Origin: Squalus acanthias
Lineage: Eukaryota
Direction: 5' to 3'
NCBI GenBank assembly: GCA_030390025.1
Contig: CM059431.1
Location: forward strand, 157,668,001-157,732,000
Length of the DNA stretch: 64,000 bases
Shown: piece by piece, positions 61,100-64,000 of the stretch
Layout: each line of letters opens with the position of its first letter
Numbering within the stretch: the first letter of the stretch is position 1
Program-made: the position numbers and the translations under genes
The notes under the pieces: model-generated
Database searches by the model: none
The model's input: the letters and a program-made list of their open reading frames with translations, nothing else
Told to the model about the DNA's origin: nothing

Positions 61100-62810
61100 A
61101 CGATGCATCGAGGCAGTGACTCAGAGGAGGGTCTTCCTGAGCAACAGTGTGGCACCAGAGAGCAAGAGGTCACCCAGCGGTGCGAGAGTGAGAGGCAGGT
61201 GGGCCACAGCAATAGGAGAGCGATACTGGTGGCAGATTGTATATTCGATGGAATAAACAACCTCGTCTGCAGCCCTGAGCAGGCCCCGAATGTTTAGTTG
61301 CCTCCCTGGTGCCAGAGGGAAGAACGTCCTTGAACAGGTGGGACCACCTCTGGGAAGGAAAGGAAAGGAGATCAGAAAATAGCCATGGTCGGAACCAGTA
61401 ACACGGATAGAAATACGTTTATAGAAGGACTTTTAAGACTTAGGCACTAAACTAAGCAAAAAGGCCTCGAGATGTTGAATTCCGGACTGTTTTGCACTGG
61501 GCTGCTGAAGGAGGGAAATATGAGGCTGATCAATGTGCGGCTGCAGAGCTGGAGCAGGAGGGTAGGGTTCACGTTCTTGGGGCTCCAGAGTGAGTTCCGT
61601 TGGAAGCGAAGGGAAGGCCGCGTTCTGTAATGACAAACAATTCTGTTTTTACAGTAAAGGTGAATGGAAATGTTATTGGCAAGAAAAAGGAAGGAGGATT
61701 TGAAGTAATGAGAGAGAAAGTCACTTGTTTCTTTTTTTCAATACGGAACGGGGACCAGCCAACATTTCAAACATTGGAGCTAGTATAGAGTGTTGTGTAT
61801 GTGAGTGTACAAATCATTTCAAGCATTCAGAAGCATGAGAGATGTGATCTAGTATCTATAAGACAGGGACTGGGTTTTCACAGGATTCAGAGCGAAATGT
61901 TTCTGGTGATAACATTTTGAGGGAAGAGCAAAATATTTTTGGACGCCAGTATCAATAAAGCGTTCTATGACAGCCCAACAACAACAACAAGAACAATTTG
62001 ACGTTTATATAGCGCCTTTAATGTACTAAAATGACTCAGGGTGCTTCACAGGAGTATTATCAATCAAAATTTGACGCCGAGTCACATAAGGAGATATTAG
62101 GACAGGTGAGCAAGAGCTTACTCAAAGAGGTAAGGTTTAAGGAACGTCTGAAAGGAGGAGAGCGAGAGAGAGAGAGGCGGAGAGGTTTCGAACAAAAGGG
62201 TGTTCCAGGGAGCTTTGCTAAGATGGAATCCACATTTACACAGTTCAGCAATAGGAAGGTAAATAGCACAATTCTCAGTTGGTTTTCCAGGCAATCAAGC
62301 AGTGAAGGTGAGATAGAGGTGGGACTGAGGTATCTAGTTGTGGAGGATGCAATTTTTGGGGAGATACAAAATATTTCCTTTACTTTCTAAAAATGATGGT
62401 GGAAGTGAGAATGTTGATGTACTAGAGGAGGATGTGGGTTCACAGTTTGAGATCACTGTAGAGAAGGATTTGGATCTGAGTAATATAGCCGAGGTGGAGA
62501 ACTCACTGGGCTGCAAAATAATGTACCCCAGACTGTTAAAGGAAGTTAGAGAGGCGATAGGACGGACTGACCACAGCATTTCAACCCACGTTTAATATCC
62601 AAAATATACAGGTGGACTGAGCCCAAACAATGTTTCTGTTATAATGTGGAGAGTGGATTAAACTCGTTACCAGAGACTATTGTGTAGAAACTCCTCAAAT
62701 CTGTTAATCCTGGTCGAATTAGTGAGCATTTAGCGATAAAGAGGATGATGAGGGGAGCTGGAACGGATTAGCTGTGGAAAAGTTGCATATGATAATTTTA
62801 CGAACAAGGA
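61100..62810 (+). mobile_element. Very old CR1 (ORF1 and ORF2 remnants) with an L2 tail on the - strand at ~61975-62190
   Basis: RRAILVADCIFDGI resembles RAIVIGDSIVRGI; MYPRLLKEVRE; L2 tail aacaacaac..tatatagcgccttt. Confidence 0.6.
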
Positions 62811-63775
62811 CGAACAGGTAAATACCCTTTGGTCCATCCAGACTTTCCCAGGCAATTGCGATACTTTGTCGATACTTTGTTCTAGCTATCCCAAGCTAAA
62901 CCATGTGATCGCCTGAGTGAGGTGGAAAAAAACAGGTAAAAACAGGCCAATTTGGGGGATTAAAATACGGGAAATTCCTCTCCGACCCATCTAGGCGATT
63001 GAAACTAGTCCAACAGATAAATCTTGCACTGAATTCACGGAAGTGCCTTCCTGTTGTAAGAGGTGATGTCTGCCCCAAATACGACCAGGTTCAGCTCTCG
63101 CTTGAAGGAATTCAGCGAGTCAGCGTCCACCGCAAGAGAAGGTATACTGTTCCAGAGGTCCACTATTCTCTGGGAAAAGAACCACCTCCTGACATCTAAC
63201 TTAAATCTGGCTTTTCACAACTTAAAATTGTGACCCCTGGCCCTCCCTAACCTATTGAATTGGAAGAAACTTTCAACTGGAACACAATCGATTCCCTGCA
63301 TCATCTTATAAACCTCAAACAGATCACCTCTAAGTCTTTGCTTCTCTAATGTGTAGAGACCAAGTTCTTATGCTATCTTGATAACTAAGTTGCTTTATAC
63401 TTTGAATTAGTCTAATGTCCCTCCTCTGCAACAGTTTCAAAGCCTCAATAAGAAGACCAAAACTGGACACAGTATTCCAAGTGAAGCCTTTACCAAGGTC
63501 TTGTACTAGGACAAAATAGGTCGTCTTATGAATGCACCCCAATACCCTCTTTGTTCTAGCTAACGCTTCACGCCATTGCTCCTGTACCTTTAGAGATGTA
63601 TGCACTAGAAAGCCCGGAACTTCTTTACTTCCCCTTATTTAATGCCATGAAGGGTGTATGAATGTTGAGCATTCGCACTGCCCACAGGCATAACACGGCA
63701 CTTATCCAAGCTAAACATGATTTGCCAGTCATGAGCCCAATCTCCCAACACATTAAATGCAGTTTTGTTGAGACG
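62810..63775 (-). mobile_element. CR1 3' segment with a long 3'UTR
   Basis: RLRGDL.EVYKM-like sequence near 63300-63345; HTSLKVQEQ..RVLGCI (63330-63605). Confidence 0.75.
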
Positions 63776-63944
63776 GGACTACAGAGGTTTTGGAATTTTG
63801 TACATGCCCTGTATATGTGGCTTATCAGAAGGTTTTTGATAATGTGGCTCACAGCAAGCTTTAGCCGTTTGGTATACGATAAAATGTGAGCCGCCTGGGT
63901 AGAAAGTGGATAATGTGTTTAGTTTTTTCCATTTGTGTTCACAG

Positions 63945-64000
63945 ATCCGAACTCTATAATCACTGAGTTCTTGACAAAGTGCGACGATTACCAACTGTTC
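63945..64000 (+). CDS. Second coding exon (partial) of the probable NLR gene
   Basis: Strong acceptor ttttttccatttgtgttcacag|; phase-compatible with the previous exon: (G)AT-CCG-AAC.. = DPNSIITEFLTKCDDYQLF, open to the window end. Confidence 0.75.

Overview
This is repeat-dominated vertebrate DNA, most likely from a shark or other elasmobranch, judged by an HE1-type V-SINE, a Deu-domain SINE and abundant CR1/L2 LINEs. Most of the window is nested retroelements: several CR1 families (two long copies retain the 5'UTR, esterase-type ORF1 and ORF2), L2 tails, and two families of Penelope-like elements (RT + GIY-YIG) carrying minimal hammerhead ribozymes. It also holds Harbinger-like DNA transposon pieces, five tandem-repeat families (30, 40, ~50, 61 and ~63 bp units), local segmental duplications and a decaying tRNA cluster (Lys x2, Trp, Glu, Asn). 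One host gene is visible on the + strand and is missed by the ORF track: two coding exons (60823-60886 and 63945-end) splice in frame to MAEGPNRGEDPTSSKRMRMDT-DPNSIITEFLTKCDDYQLF, which I recall as the N-terminus of shark NACHT/LRR (NLR) proteins. It has a candidate CpG-island promoter near 41.3 kb and a candidate non-coding exon at 51.4 kb. The most notable observations are: (1) an unprocessed pre-tRNA-Ile(UAU), with leader, intron and UUU trailer, fused to an HE1 SINE and inserted as one unit; (2) a spacerless 2.3-kb Penelope palindrome plus miniature ribozyme-bearing palindromes with the same asymmetric tail; (3) a CRE/splice-donor/CCAAT module conserved between divergent CR1 5'UTRs. No database searches were run; family names come from sequence recognition, and many element boundaries are approximate.
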